From positions 1 through 36,745 of the forward strand of contig CAVQNG010000022.1 of assembly GCA_963713825.1 (NCBI GenBank): a DNA stretch of 36,745 nt. The letters are read 5' to 3'. A model generated the notes under the pieces. It made no database searches, was not told the DNA's origin, and worked only from the letters and a program-made list of their open reading frames with translations. Positions 17,769 to 27,430 of this stretch are shown here, piece after piece. Made by a program: the position numbers and the translations under genes. This stretch comes from an uncultured Acidobacteriota bacterium. Its GTDB lineage: Bacteria; Acidobacteriota; Thermoanaerobaculia; Multivoradales; JAHEKO01. Within the stretch, counting starts at the first letter, position 1. Each line of letters starts with the position of its first letter.

Positions 17769-20078
17769 TCATGCCTTCGGGTGCAACCAGTAGGCCAGGG
17801 CAGGTAGGAGAACGATTGCGCCAAGCATGTTGAGCAGGAACATGAACGTCAACAGGATGCCCATATCAGCCTGGAACTTCAACGGCGAGAAGATCCAGGT
17901 GGCCACTCCAACCGCCAGCGTGAAGCCAGTGAAGATCACCCCGCTGCCGGTCAGCTTCAGCGTTTCACGGTAGGCCTCTTGCAGAGGCGTGCCCTGGGCC
18001 AAGATGCTGCGCAGACGAGCGTAGATGTAGATCCCGTAGTCGACACCGATTCCAACGCCGAGAGCGACTACCGGCAAGGTGGAGATCTTGAGTCCGATCT
18101 CGAGTATCGACATCAGGGCATAGGCGAGGATCGATACCAGAGCGAGCGGGATAACGATGCAGAGGGTGGCGCGGAGCGACCGGAAAGTGATCAGGCAGAG
18201 GACAATGATGGCCGCGAAGATCCACATCAGCATCGGAAATTGAGCCGCGGAGACGGTCTCATTGGTGGCCGCCATGACGCCAACGTTGCCCGTCGCGAGC
18301 CGGAACCGGATCTCATCGGAGCCGTGCAGCTCGCGGTATGCCTTGACCGCTGAGACGATCCCTTCGATGGTCTCGGCCTTGTGGTCCTGTGAGTAGATAT
18401 AGACCGGCATCACACTGCAGTCGGAGTTCAGCAGCCCCGTGCTGGTGTCGATATAGGTCACCGCCTGGGCCATGGTCGACGGGTTGCGGGGCAGGACTCG
18501 CCACTTGAGGCTGCCCTCGTTCCAGCCGGCGTTGATGATCTTGGCCACAGTACCTATGCCAAGCACCGACTGCACGCCAGGCACGTTGCGCATGTGCCAT
18601 TCGAAGCGGTCGATCGTGGTCATGATGTCGTGTCGAGTACAGGCCTCGGGCTCGGACTCCACGATGACAGTAATGACGTCGACGCCGATGGAGAAGTGTT
18701 TGGTGATCACCTCGGTGTCGATGTTGTATTGGGAGTCGGCTCGCAGCTCCGGAACGCCGGGATGCAGATCACCGATCTTGATCTGGGTCGCCTTCCAGCC
18801 GCCGACGGCGAAGAGTATCGCCGCCACGAAGACGATGATCGCGGCGTTGCGGGGAACGGTCACCCGGGCCAGGGCTGTCCAGAGGTGATCCAACTTGTCG
18901 GCCCGCTTCCGCAGCCGGGCTGCATATTTCTCGTCGAGCTCGACATAGGACAAGAGCACTGGCACCAGCACCAGATCCGTGAGAATGATCACGGCCACTC
19001 CGAGGCTGGCGGTGATGGCCATCTCTTGGATCATGCGGATGTTGATCAGCATGATGGTGATGAAGCCGATGGTGTCGCTCAACAGAGCGATGGTGCCCGG
19101 AATGATCAACCTGCGCAGGCCGGGTTGGGCCGCCTCGAGACTGTCGGCACCCTCGAAGACCTCGGCTCGGAAGGCGCTCACCATCTGAACGGCATGGCTC
19201 ACACTGATGGCGAAGATCAGGAACGGCACGAGGATCGACATCGGGTCGATGCCGAATCCGAGCAGCGGCAGCAGACCCAACTGCCAGATCACCGCGATCA
19301 GCGAGCAGCCGACGACGATCAGGGTGAGCTTGGCGCTCTGGGAGTAGAGGTAGACGAAAACAACCGTAATGAAGAAAGCCACCAGGAAGAACAGCACGAC
19401 TCGTGCTACTCCGGCGGCGATGTCACCGATGACCTTGGCGAAACCGATGATGTGATAGTCGAACTCGACCCCCACATCGTGGTTGCTGTATTTCTGGCGG
19501 ACCTCCTCCAACTGGTCGGCCACGTACAGGTAGTCGAGGCGCTCGCCGGTGGTGGGATCGATCTCGAGGAGCGACGCGACGACAAGAGCGGAGCTGAAAT
19601 CGTTGGCCACGAGGCGGCCGACGTAGGCCGATTTGAGGAGATTTGCGCGGACCTTGGCGAGCCCTTCATCGGTCATTGCGAAGTCGTCAGGAATGACGTT
19701 GCCACCCGAGATGCCATCCTCCACTACTTCCGTGAAGCGGACATTGGGCGTGAAGAGCGACATCACCCGAGTCCGGTCGACGCCGGGGATGAAGAAGACG
19801 TCGTCGGTGACCTGTTGCAGCACCTCGAAGAACTTCGGTGTGAAGATGTCCCCTTCGCGCGCCTTGATGGCGATGACCACCCGATTCGCGCCGCCGAACG
19901 CGTCGCGATACTCGACGTAGGTCTGCATGTATTCGTGTTCGAGTGGCAGCAACTTCGCGAAGCCGGCGTCGATGCGGAGGTTGGTGGCCTGGTAGGCCAT
20001 GAAGACCGTCACCAGTCCGAAAATAGCCACCACCAGGCGGCGGTTGCCGAAGATCAGGTTCTCGAGCCGCTGAAACAT
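17769..20078 (-). CDS. RND-superfamily (MMPL-type) transporter
   Basis: 769 aa with two repeated halves, each a periplasmic loop plus TM bundle. GIGVDYGIY motif. Last gene of the DUF1302/DUF1329 cluster. Confidence 0.92.
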   Translation of the reverse strand: MFQRLENLIFGNRRLVVAIFGLVTVFMAYQATNLRIDAGFAKLLPLEHEYMQTYVEYRDAFGGANRVVIAIKAREGDIFTPKFFEVLQQVTDDVFFIPGVDRTRVMSLFTPNVRFTEVVEDGISGGNVIPDDFAMTDEGLAKVRANLLKSAYVGRLVANDFSSALVVASLLEIDPTTGERLDYLYVADQLEEVRQKYSNHDVGVEFDYHIIGFAKVIGDIAAGVARVVLFFLVAFFITVVFVYLYSQSAKLTLIVVGCSLIAVIWQLGLLPLLGFGIDPMSILVPFLIFAISVSHAVQMVSAFRAEVFEGADSLEAAQPGLRRLIIPGTIALLSDTIGFITIMLINIRMIQEMAITASLGVAVIILTDLVLVPVLLSYVELDEKYAARLRKRADKLDHLWTALARVTVPRNAAIIVFVAAILFAVGGWKATQIKIGDLHPGVPELRADSQYNIDTEVITKHFSIGVDVITVIVESEPEACTRHDIMTTIDRFEWHMRNVPGVQSVLGIGTVAKIINAGWNEGSLKWRVLPRNPSTMAQAVTYIDTSTGLLNSDCSVMPVYIYSQDHKAETIEGIVSAVKAYRELHGSDEIRFRLATGNVGVMAATNETVSAAQFPMLMWIFAAIIVLCLITFRSLRATLCIVIPLALVSILAYALMSILEIGLKISTLPVVALGVGIGVDYGIYIYARLRSILAQGTPLQEAYRETLKLTGSGVIFTGFTLAVGVATWIFSPLKFQADMGILLTFMFLLNMLGAIVLLPALAYWLHPKA

Positions 20079-20099
20079 CGCGCCGGGTTTCCTTTCCGC

Positions 20100-21116
20100 C
20101 TACTTCGCCAGGCTGTCAGTCGGCGTCGTCTTGACTCCGAATTCGCCTACCATCAGTAGCTGTCCTTCGCCGGTCTCTACGATTGATGAGATACCACGCC
20201 GATCGGATTGCGGTAGCAGTTCGAAGGTGGATCCACCGTCGGATGAAATGAGCATCGTTCCGCCGAGCCCACTGACAGCGATCCTGCCATCCGCCAGCCG
20301 AATCCCGTCGGTGAGCATCGCCGTGGTACCGGTTTCGACCGGCGCCCAGTTCTCGCCAGCATCTTCAGACCGAAACAGATGCCCTTGAAGGCCAAAAACC
20401 AGCACCGTGTCGCCGTCCAGGGGAAGGGTGCCAAAGAAAGATCCTTCATAGGGTGAGGGCAATTCCGCCCAGGTCGCGCCGCCGTCGTCGGAGCGGTAGA
20501 TCATGCCCGCCTCGGCTGCCAGATACAGCCGACCTTCAGCCGACCTCGCAATGTGATGCAGATGAAAATCCCACTCGCTGATGGGCTCGAAGCTCCATGT
20601 CGTGCCGCCATCGGAAGTGCGGTAGAAGCTCCCGTAGGCGCCGACTGCGAAGCCGTTGTCAGCATCAGAGAACCAGACATCGAGCAGTGGGCTTTCCTCT
20701 TCGGGTGCCCAGTTGACGATCTCCCAAGAGGAACCGCCGTCCGAAGTACGCAAAATCACCGAGTCGTGGCCAACCACCCAGCCCAGGTCGGAATCGTTGA
20801 AGTGGACCCCGGTGAGCGCCGCCCGTGTCGGGACCGAGGCCTGTTGCCAAGAGCTTCCCTTGTCGGTGGAGGTCAGGATGTGACCCCTTTCTCCGACCAC
20901 GACGAGGCTACCGTTGGCGGCAGACGCATCGAGCAACAGGGACTTTGCTGCTAGACCGGCTTTGGCTGCCGGTTCGGGCTCGATCTCATCCTGGGCGGTT
21001 GCAGGAACGGCGTTGTACCCCGACACCAGGAGAGCGATGGCGAGGTACCGCCAGAGGCCGTTGGAGAAAGACAAATCTGACTGCGCCGGCAGGCGAGCTT
21101 TTCGAATCCAAGCCAT
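20100..21116 (-). CDS. YCF48-related / BNR (Asp-box) repeat beta-propeller protein
   Basis: Repeated (T/S)xDGGxxW Asp-boxes, VVGERGHIL motif and an N-terminal export signal. Confidence 0.9.
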   Translation of the reverse strand: MAWIRKARLPAQSDLSFSNGLWRYLAIALLVSGYNAVPATAQDEIEPEPAAKAGLAAKSLLLDASAANGSLVVVGERGHILTSTDKGSSWQQASVPTRAALTGVHFNDSDLGWVVGHDSVILRTSDGGSSWEIVNWAPEEESPLLDVWFSDADNGFAVGAYGSFYRTSDGGTTWSFEPISEWDFHLHHIARSAEGRLYLAAEAGMIYRSDDGGATWAELPSPYEGSFFGTLPLDGDTVLVFGLQGHLFRSEDAGENWAPVETGTTAMLTDGIRLADGRIAVSGLGGTMLISSDGGSTFELLPQSDRRGISSIVETGEGQLLMVGEFGVKTTPTDSLAK

Positions 21117-21172
21117 CTTCCGTCCTCCCCAGGACGTGCTCGGGGGCCAGTTCCCCCACTTGAGAAGCCAGT

Positions 21173-21207
21173 GCGACGGAGCAGGCCGTGTTGGCCCACT
21201 CCGTCGC
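21173..21207 (-). other. Intercistronic hairpin downstream of the DUF1329 gene
   Basis: 9-bp stem gcgacggag/ctccgtcgc with an inner ggcc/ggcc pairing. It may stabilise or attenuate the transcript. Confidence 0.5.
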
Positions 21208-21223
21208 CCGCAGAGTTATGGCG

Positions 21224-22588
21224 CTAACGGACGCCCGAACGGCGCAGCGCCGCCGGGGTGAAATCCTCCATTGTTCGATTAATGCCGAATTTGTACATCG
21301 GCAGCTGATTGTCGAGACCGATGGCAAGATATCGGCCTGCCTGCAGGTCGATGTGTACCTCGAGTGTCGTCCAGTACGTCGGCAGGTCGTAGTAGTTGAT
21401 GGCGTGACCCTCGGAGACCCGCCAGAGCTGGTCCCGGTTGTCGTACTGATCCATGGCCACGATCTGCCAGCTGTCCTCGTCGACATAGAAGGTGCGCCGT
21501 TTGTAGATGTGGCGAGCGCCCTCCCTCAGCGTTGCATCCACCACCCAGACCCGATGTAGCTCATACCGGTTGAAGTCGGGATTGGTGTGCAGCGGGGTGA
21601 GGATGTCCTTGACGAGAACTTTGTCGCTGTGCAGTTTGTAGGAGTTGTACGGCACGTACATCTCCTTCTTGCCGACGAGCTCCCAGTTGTACCTGTCGAC
21701 GGCGCCGTTGAACATGTCGAACTGATCCGACGTTCGCATGCCGTCGGCGGCCGTTCCAGGATTGTCGTACGCCACGTTGGGAGCACGACGGACACGGCGC
21801 TGGCCTGGGTTGTAGAGCCAGGCGCTGCGGTGCTCCTTGACCTGATTCATGGTCTCGTGGACCATGAGGATGCCGCCGGCCAGCCGCGCCGGTGCTGTGA
21901 CCTCCTGCTTGAAGAAGAGGATCTTGTTATTGAGATCCGCCTCGGTCATGCCGTCCATGCTGTAGAGCAGGAAGAACTCATCGGAAAACTGCACAAGCGT
22001 GTACTTGCCACCCCGGGTCGGAGCCGCCTGGGCGATCGTGCGGGACGCGATGCCGCCACGGAAACGCAGCAGATGGTTCCAGATGACCTCCACACCTTCC
22101 TTCGGGATGGGGAAGGGGATCCCGTTGATCGCCCCCTCCACGCCGTGGCCGTTCTCCACCAGCCTGGCGGTGCCGGCGATCTCCTTCGTCATGTCGTAGA
22201 TCCGCTGCGGGTAGGAGGCGCTACGGTGCGTCGGGTAGACGTTCATCTTGAAGCTTGGATAAGCCTCGAGCACCGCCTTGTACCCCGGCGAGAGTTTGTC
22301 TGCGTACTCCGCCATGTTGTCGGCGGTGATCGTGAACGAAATTGCATCACTGGCAAATGGGTCGGGGTGGTGCATTCCGGGTTTGTAGCTTGCAGGTGGC
22401 GTGGTAATTCCACCTTCCCAGGCCGGAATCGTGCCGTCAGCATTGCCGGCCTTTTCGGCTCCCAGGGGAGTCAGGTCGGCACCGAGTCGAGCGATCTCCT
22501 CCGAGGACAGCTGTGCCTGGAGCACGGTTGCCGAACCGACGACGATCGTCAGCGCGCAACACAAGAGGATCAGCTTGGTTTTATGCAT
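21224..22588 (-). CDS. DUF1329-family periplasmic protein
   Basis: Signal peptide plus LTPLGAEKAGNADGTIPAWEGG, AWLYNPGQRRVRRAP, RYELHRVWVV and FTPAALRR signatures. Confidence 0.93.
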   Translation of the reverse strand: MHKTKLILLCCALTIVVGSATVLQAQLSSEEIARLGADLTPLGAEKAGNADGTIPAWEGGITTPPASYKPGMHHPDPFASDAISFTITADNMAEYADKLSPGYKAVLEAYPSFKMNVYPTHRSASYPQRIYDMTKEIAGTARLVENGHGVEGAINGIPFPIPKEGVEVIWNHLLRFRGGIASRTIAQAAPTRGGKYTLVQFSDEFFLLYSMDGMTEADLNNKILFFKQEVTAPARLAGGILMVHETMNQVKEHRSAWLYNPGQRRVRRAPNVAYDNPGTAADGMRTSDQFDMFNGAVDRYNWELVGKKEMYVPYNSYKLHSDKVLVKDILTPLHTNPDFNRYELHRVWVVDATLREGARHIYKRRTFYVDEDSWQIVAMDQYDNRDQLWRVSEGHAINYYDLPTYWTTLEVHIDLQAGRYLAIGLDNQLPMYKFGINRTMEDFTPAALRRSGVR

Positions 22589-22606
22589 AAGTCTGCCTTC
22601 CTTCCC

Positions 22607-24535
22607 CTAGAACGAGTACTTGACGTTGGCCGCGACGAAATCGCGGTCGTTGATGAGGTTGTAGCGGCCGGCGCCGCTGTAGGTCGTCCAGCTCAGGTCG
22701 AACTGTAGCTTGGAGAGGTACTCGAAGCCGAGTCCGAGTGTGAAGGCCGTCCGACCGTCGATGAAGGCGCCACCTGGCCCAGGCGTGTTGCCGTCGACGT
22801 CATGCCCCCAACCGAAGCGGGGAATGAGGTTGAAGGCTCCGATTGCATTGTTGTAGACGAGACGACCCACCAGGCGATATCCCCAGGAGGTGGGATCGGC
22901 GAAGGCCTCTGCCGGCTCATAAGGCTTGCCCGCGTGAGCACCGCCTGGCATCGATTGGATCGGGTTGCCGCTGGTGTAGGTGCCAGGTCCTTCGTACCTC
23001 AGCTCGTCTTTGCTCGGCATGCCGGAGACGTGGACGATGGCTGGCTCGAACAAGAGCAACCCCTGATCGGCACGAAGGAAGCGAATCGATCCCCAGGCCT
23101 TGGTCAGCGTGAACTGGGCCTGGACTGCGTCGTGGAGTCGGTAGCCGGGAATCACCTCATTGAAGGTAGCCCCACCCGGTACCGCCTGATTGGTAGCGGC
23201 AAGTCCAGGCGAGATCGGCGACAGGGCTGCGAACAGCAGCTCGACGTCATCGATAAGGTACGGAGAGTCCTGTTTGTAGGAGACTTCGCCCTGCAACGCG
23301 ATTCCGGTCGTGGCGATCTGGGAGTTGAAGCTCACTCCCCACAGCTTGATGTCTTCGGGGTAGGCGATGAAGTACCTCGCCGTCGCGGCATAGGCATCCG
23401 TTGCCGCGGCCTGTCCCGCCTGCGCGGCCAGGGCATCCACCTCGGGGCTGGCACCCGGCGGCACTCCAAACGTCTGATAGATGACCCCTGCGGCTCTCGG
23501 TCCCGCCACGGCAGCGGCTCCAGCCCCCTGGATCGTACCGGTTATGCCGTTCACCGTAGGCAGCCGGCTGTGATAGTTCATGAAGTAGAAACCGAACTCG
23601 GTGTTGCCGAATCCCGCTAGCCAACGCAGGGCAGCTCCCCACTGGCCGCTGTCCGAGGGTTCGATATCGGATCCCCTGGGTACGCCAAGGAAAGGGTGAT
23701 CCGTCGGCGGCTGGACGAAGAACGGAGACTCTCCGGTGTCCGGTGCACTGCCAAAGGCCAGGAAGACGGTCGTTCCCCCTCGCCCTGCGAAGTCGTTGGT
23801 GGAGAAGTAGGTTCCTGGGGGGTCGATGACGGTCTCATCCCAGTCGTACTGGTAAAAGGCCTCCATGGAGAGGGTCTCCGAGAGGTCGATCGAGGTCCAG
23901 GCCATGCCGACGGGCCGAAAGGCTTCGCGGAGCTCGGCGCCGGGCACACGCAGCGCCGCTACATCCACGGGGTTGATGCTGCTGATGCCACCCGGGATGA
24001 AGGTGCTCTCGCCCCAGTTCAACACCTGTTGGCCGCCGCGGAGCTGGCCCCGCCGGCTGCCGAGATCGAACTTCCACCAGGCGTATGCGTCGAGGAGCTC
24101 GGCGCGGCTGCCAGCCCAATCCAGGGCCGGGCCGGAGAGTGGCGTCCGTGCTCGCTTCCCACCCTTGAGCTCGAAGTCGTAGAAACCGGAGCCACGAATG
24201 AAGGCGCCGACGTTCTTATAAGCGAGTTGGATGTCGACCGTCGCCTTGACGGCGTTGTTGGTGATTCCGGTGTCGAAATTCTGGTTTCCGTCGTCACCGT
24301 TGACCGAGTAGGCGGTGCCGCCTGCGGCCAAGCCGATGATCCGCTGATCTGGGTCGTCGAGCCGGGAGCGGATGCCGTACGACAGCGTGGTGTCGACGTG
24401 GAACTGGAACTGCCCGATCGAGAGATCGACTGCCTCTGCAGGTACTGTCGAGATTGTGCCCAGTACGACAGCGAGGACAATCAGACCGACGCTCCCACCG
24501 AACGCACAGAGCCGAGTCAGTGGTTTCTTGCTCAT
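22607..24535 (-). CDS. DUF1302-family outer-membrane protein
   Basis: Signal peptide plus NGDDGNQNF, QVLNWGES, NYHSRLP and YPEDI motifs. Ends in the beta-barrel signal DRDFVAANVKYSF. Confidence 0.93.
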   Translation of the reverse strand: MSKKPLTRLCAFGGSVGLIVLAVVLGTISTVPAEAVDLSIGQFQFHVDTTLSYGIRSRLDDPDQRIIGLAAGGTAYSVNGDDGNQNFDTGITNNAVKATVDIQLAYKNVGAFIRGSGFYDFELKGGKRARTPLSGPALDWAGSRAELLDAYAWWKFDLGSRRGQLRGGQQVLNWGESTFIPGGISSINPVDVAALRVPGAELREAFRPVGMAWTSIDLSETLSMEAFYQYDWDETVIDPPGTYFSTNDFAGRGGTTVFLAFGSAPDTGESPFFVQPPTDHPFLGVPRGSDIEPSDSGQWGAALRWLAGFGNTEFGFYFMNYHSRLPTVNGITGTIQGAGAAAVAGPRAAGVIYQTFGVPPGASPEVDALAAQAGQAAATDAYAATARYFIAYPEDIKLWGVSFNSQIATTGIALQGEVSYKQDSPYLIDDVELLFAALSPISPGLAATNQAVPGGATFNEVIPGYRLHDAVQAQFTLTKAWGSIRFLRADQGLLLFEPAIVHVSGMPSKDELRYEGPGTYTSGNPIQSMPGGAHAGKPYEPAEAFADPTSWGYRLVGRLVYNNAIGAFNLIPRFGWGHDVDGNTPGPGGAFIDGRTAFTLGLGFEYLSKLQFDLSWTTYSGAGRYNLINDRDFVAANVKYSF

Positions 24536-24734
24536 CTGCCCACTCCTCTCATGGTTGTCTCCTTCCTATCTTCCCATTGATGACCGTAGACGACAGCCGC
24601 GAGAGGGCTCTGGAACCCACACAGGGGCCTCTGAGGCAGGCAACCCGAACCACCCTGAGCAGAAACCACCTGTCAGGCCTCCCTCGCGAAAAAAACGAAA
24701 CCTTGAGTGTAGAGTCTCTTGCCAGTGGATTGTT

Positions 24735-24768
24735 GTAGGCAATACCCACCCGGGTGGGTATTGCCTAC
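24735..24768. promoter_or_regulatory. Perfect 34-bp palindrome in the divergent intergenic region (putative operator)
   Basis: gtaggcaatacccaccc|gggtgggtattgcctac has exactly complementary arms and no spacer. The operator role is inferred. Confidence 0.65.
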
Positions 24769-24883
24769 CTGCGCGGGTGGTTATATTGGAGGGCCGCTCG
24801 AGACTGAGGGAAAACAAATCGTCCGCTCCCGCGTCTAATGTTCTGATGCCACTCAAGACTCCGACCGAAGGGTCGAAAGATCC

Positions 24884-26431
24884 ATGGAGACTCGAACTTT
24901 GATGCGACACTCAATGATACTCCTGTTTGTTGCACTGCTGCTTGCACCGCTTCTCGGGAGCCCAGCCAACGCCGATGAGATGCCCTGGCCGACTCTGAAG
25001 GCGGGCCCGCACGGTGTCGGGTTCCGAACCCTGGATGTAACCGACTACGGGCGCACAGTCGCGCCGCGAGTCGATTGGCGAGGTGTCGAGCATCCCGGCA
25101 ACAACTTCCGCCAGGTCCTGATCTCGGTCTGGTACCCGGCTGCCGTCGAGGCCAAGCGTGAGCCGATGGTCTACCGCGACTACATCGAGGCGGCCGGGTT
25201 CGAGACCCCCATAAAGGGCGAGCTACTCTTCGGTCTCGACGCCTATCTGGCCCACTCGTCGTTTGGTGGGGCCGACAAGGAGAAGCTCCGGAGGATGGTC
25301 GAAGAGACGACGACCGCCTATCGTGATGCGGCACCGCTCGAGGGCTCCTACCCAGTCATCGTCTACGCTCCGAGTTTCAGCTACGAGCCATTCGAGAACT
25401 CGGCTCTCTTCGAGTATTTGGCGAGCCACGGCTACATCATCGGAGCGAGCCGCTCCTCTGGACCAGAGACACGGGAGATGTCCATGGATCTGGCGGGAGT
25501 CGAAGCCAGCGTCCGTGACATGGAGCTCATTCTCGATGCGCTGCACGAAGACGACAACGCCGATCTAGGACGGGTCGGCGCAGCGGGCTTCAGCTGGGGA
25601 GGGCTGAGCGCCGCGCTACTCGGTATGCGGAACTTCAACGTGCAGGCGGTGCTGGCGCTCGATGGCACCCTGGAGCACGCTGAGATCCCTGCAGTCGAGG
25701 AGAGGTACGACTTCGTACCGCGGCGACTACGCGGCGGGTACCTCGCCATCGTTGGCGACCGCGAGCCGGCCCGGTCGTTGGGCGACGATGCGCTGTATGC
25801 GGATGTGTTCGAGCTGCGTTATCCGGATCTCATGCATTGGGATTTTGCCTCCGACCTCATCCGTATCCAAGTGCACAGCACCAGCGAGCCCGATCCGGAG
25901 CGCCGTGTCCTAGTCGACGACGCCTACGGGCTCATGGCCTATCAGGCACGTCTGCTGTTCGATGCCTACCTGAAGGGGAACGAGGTCAACAGAGAGGTGC
26001 TGCTCGAAGGCAACATGCGGGCGATGAATTCGGCCATCGTCATCGAGAACCGAACGGCCCGGGCCGCGCTGCCGCCACCTCCGAGTCCGGCGGAATTTGC
26101 GACCCTGCTCCGCACCGATGTCGAAGAGGCTCGCTTGGTTCTCGCTAGTGTGGAGAAGAACGATCCCGACATCGAGCTCCTCGATTGGACGCAGTTCCAG
26201 GACGCGGTCACGGTGAGTCCCTTCGAGACCAAGCTCGCCATCCTCGAGCTGGCACGGGAGGAGTTGGGTGAGAGCTCGATCCTCTTCAACAACTATGGCC
26301 AGGCCTGGCGACTCGAAGGCGACACGGAGAAGGCCCTCGGCTATTTCCGCCAGGCCCTTGCCCACAACCCCGACAGCGGCTTCGCCAAGAAGTCGATCGA
26401 GGAGCTCGAAGCGGAGCTGGCCTCGCAGTAG
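24884..26431 (+). CDS. Secreted alpha/beta hydrolase (dienelactone hydrolase / PAF-acetylhydrolase-like) with C-terminal TPR
   Basis: Signal peptide plus GPHGVG, VWYPA, YPVIVY, LASHGY and nucleophile elbow GFSWGG. Terminal TPR NNYGQAWRLEGDTEKALGYFRQALAHNP. The start may instead be 24902. Confidence 0.88.
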   Translation: METRTLMRHSMILLFVALLLAPLLGSPANADEMPWPTLKAGPHGVGFRTLDVTDYGRTVAPRVDWRGVEHPGNNFRQVLISVWYPAAVEAKREPMVYRDYIEAAGFETPIKGELLFGLDAYLAHSSFGGADKEKLRRMVEETTTAYRDAAPLEGSYPVIVYAPSFSYEPFENSALFEYLASHGYIIGASRSSGPETREMSMDLAGVEASVRDMELILDALHEDDNADLGRVGAAGFSWGGLSAALLGMRNFNVQAVLALDGTLEHAEIPAVEERYDFVPRRLRGGYLAIVGDREPARSLGDDALYADVFELRYPDLMHWDFASDLIRIQVHSTSEPDPERRVLVDDAYGLMAYQARLLFDAYLKGNEVNREVLLEGNMRAMNSAIVIENRTARAALPPPPSPAEFATLLRTDVEEARLVLASVEKNDPDIELLDWTQFQDAVTVSPFETKLAILELAREELGESSILFNNYGQAWRLEGDTEKALGYFRQALAHNPDSGFAKKSIEELEAELASQ

Positions 26432-26491
26432 GTGAAAGGCTCTCGCCCTCCACACTTCCGAGCGCTCTTCGATCGGCATACAATGTCGAGC

Positions 26492-27400
26492 ATGCGAATG
26501 CGGTTGGGAGGGGCTGCGATTCTGTTCCTCTTTCTTTCGTTCCCATTGGTTGGCCAGGAGCTCGAGCCGGCTGCCTACAAGGTGGTGCCGATCAATGTGA
26601 ATCTGTTTCAGGTGGGCTACGTCCTGGCAGTCGGCGATGTGAGCTTCACTCCGGCGCTACCAGCCGAGGATGTCGAGGCCACCATCAACTCAATGACCGT
26701 GATGTTGGGTCGGACCCTCGGGATTTTCGGCCGGTCGGCGAATCTCGGATTCGTGCTGCCTGTCACGGTCGGCCATCTCGAGGGGCTCTACATCGGCGAG
26801 TTCACGGAAGTGGATCGTTCGGGACTGCGCGATCCCATGTTCCGCTTGGCGGTGAATCTCTATGGCGGTCCAGCCATGGAATTGAAGGAGTTCGCCTCCT
26901 ACAAGCCGAAGACCAATGTTGGAGCTAGCCTTCGAATCCTGGCACCGCTGGGGCAATACGACTCCAGCAAGATCATCAACTTGGGCACCAACCGCTGGTC
27001 TTTCAAGCCGGAGATCGGCGTCAGCAGGGCCCTGGGTAAGTGGAGCCTCGAGTTCTACGCCGGAGTCTGGATCTTCACGGACAACACAAATTTCATTGGG
27101 GGTATGACCCGCGAGCAAGATCCCATCGGCTCATTCCAATTCCACACCCTCTACACCTTCAAGCCAGGAAGGTGGCTGGCACTGGACCTCAACTACTACA
27201 ACGGTGGGACCACGACAGTCGATGGCTTGGAGAACTTGGACCTGCAGCAGAACTCGCGAGCCGGTCTGACCTATTCTCATCCCCTGAATCGCCGAAGCAC
27301 CCTGAGGATTGCCTACAGCCGGGGTGCGCGGACGACCATCGGCGCAGCATTCGACGCCATTGCGGTGGGCTACTCGTACGTGTGGGGTGGCGGGTTCTAG
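26492..27400 (+). CDS. COG4313 / Phenol_MetA_deg-like outer-membrane channel
   Basis: Signal peptide plus SGLRDP and APLGQYD...INLGTNRWSFKPEIG motifs, with an aromatic C-terminal strand. Start placed at ATG 26492, 7 nt after TACAAT; 26483 and 26498 are alternatives. Confidence 0.8.
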   Translation: MRMRLGGAAILFLFLSFPLVGQELEPAAYKVVPINVNLFQVGYVLAVGDVSFTPALPAEDVEATINSMTVMLGRTLGIFGRSANLGFVLPVTVGHLEGLYIGEFTEVDRSGLRDPMFRLAVNLYGGPAMELKEFASYKPKTNVGASLRILAPLGQYDSSKIINLGTNRWSFKPEIGVSRALGKWSLEFYAGVWIFTDNTNFIGGMTREQDPIGSFQFHTLYTFKPGRWLALDLNYYNGGTTTVDGLENLDLQQNSRAGLTYSHPLNRRSTLRIAYSRGARTTIGAAFDAIAVGYSYVWGGGF

Positions 27401-27430
27401 GCGGCATCCAAGCCGCTGCACCGATCGGGA

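Noticed and set aside
18594-20159. Long antisense ORFs (for example 18594-20159, 21587-22708, 32024-33289 and 142-948)
   Set aside because: They mirror well-supported genes on the opposite strand, show no recognisable motifs, and are expected from high-GC codon bias.
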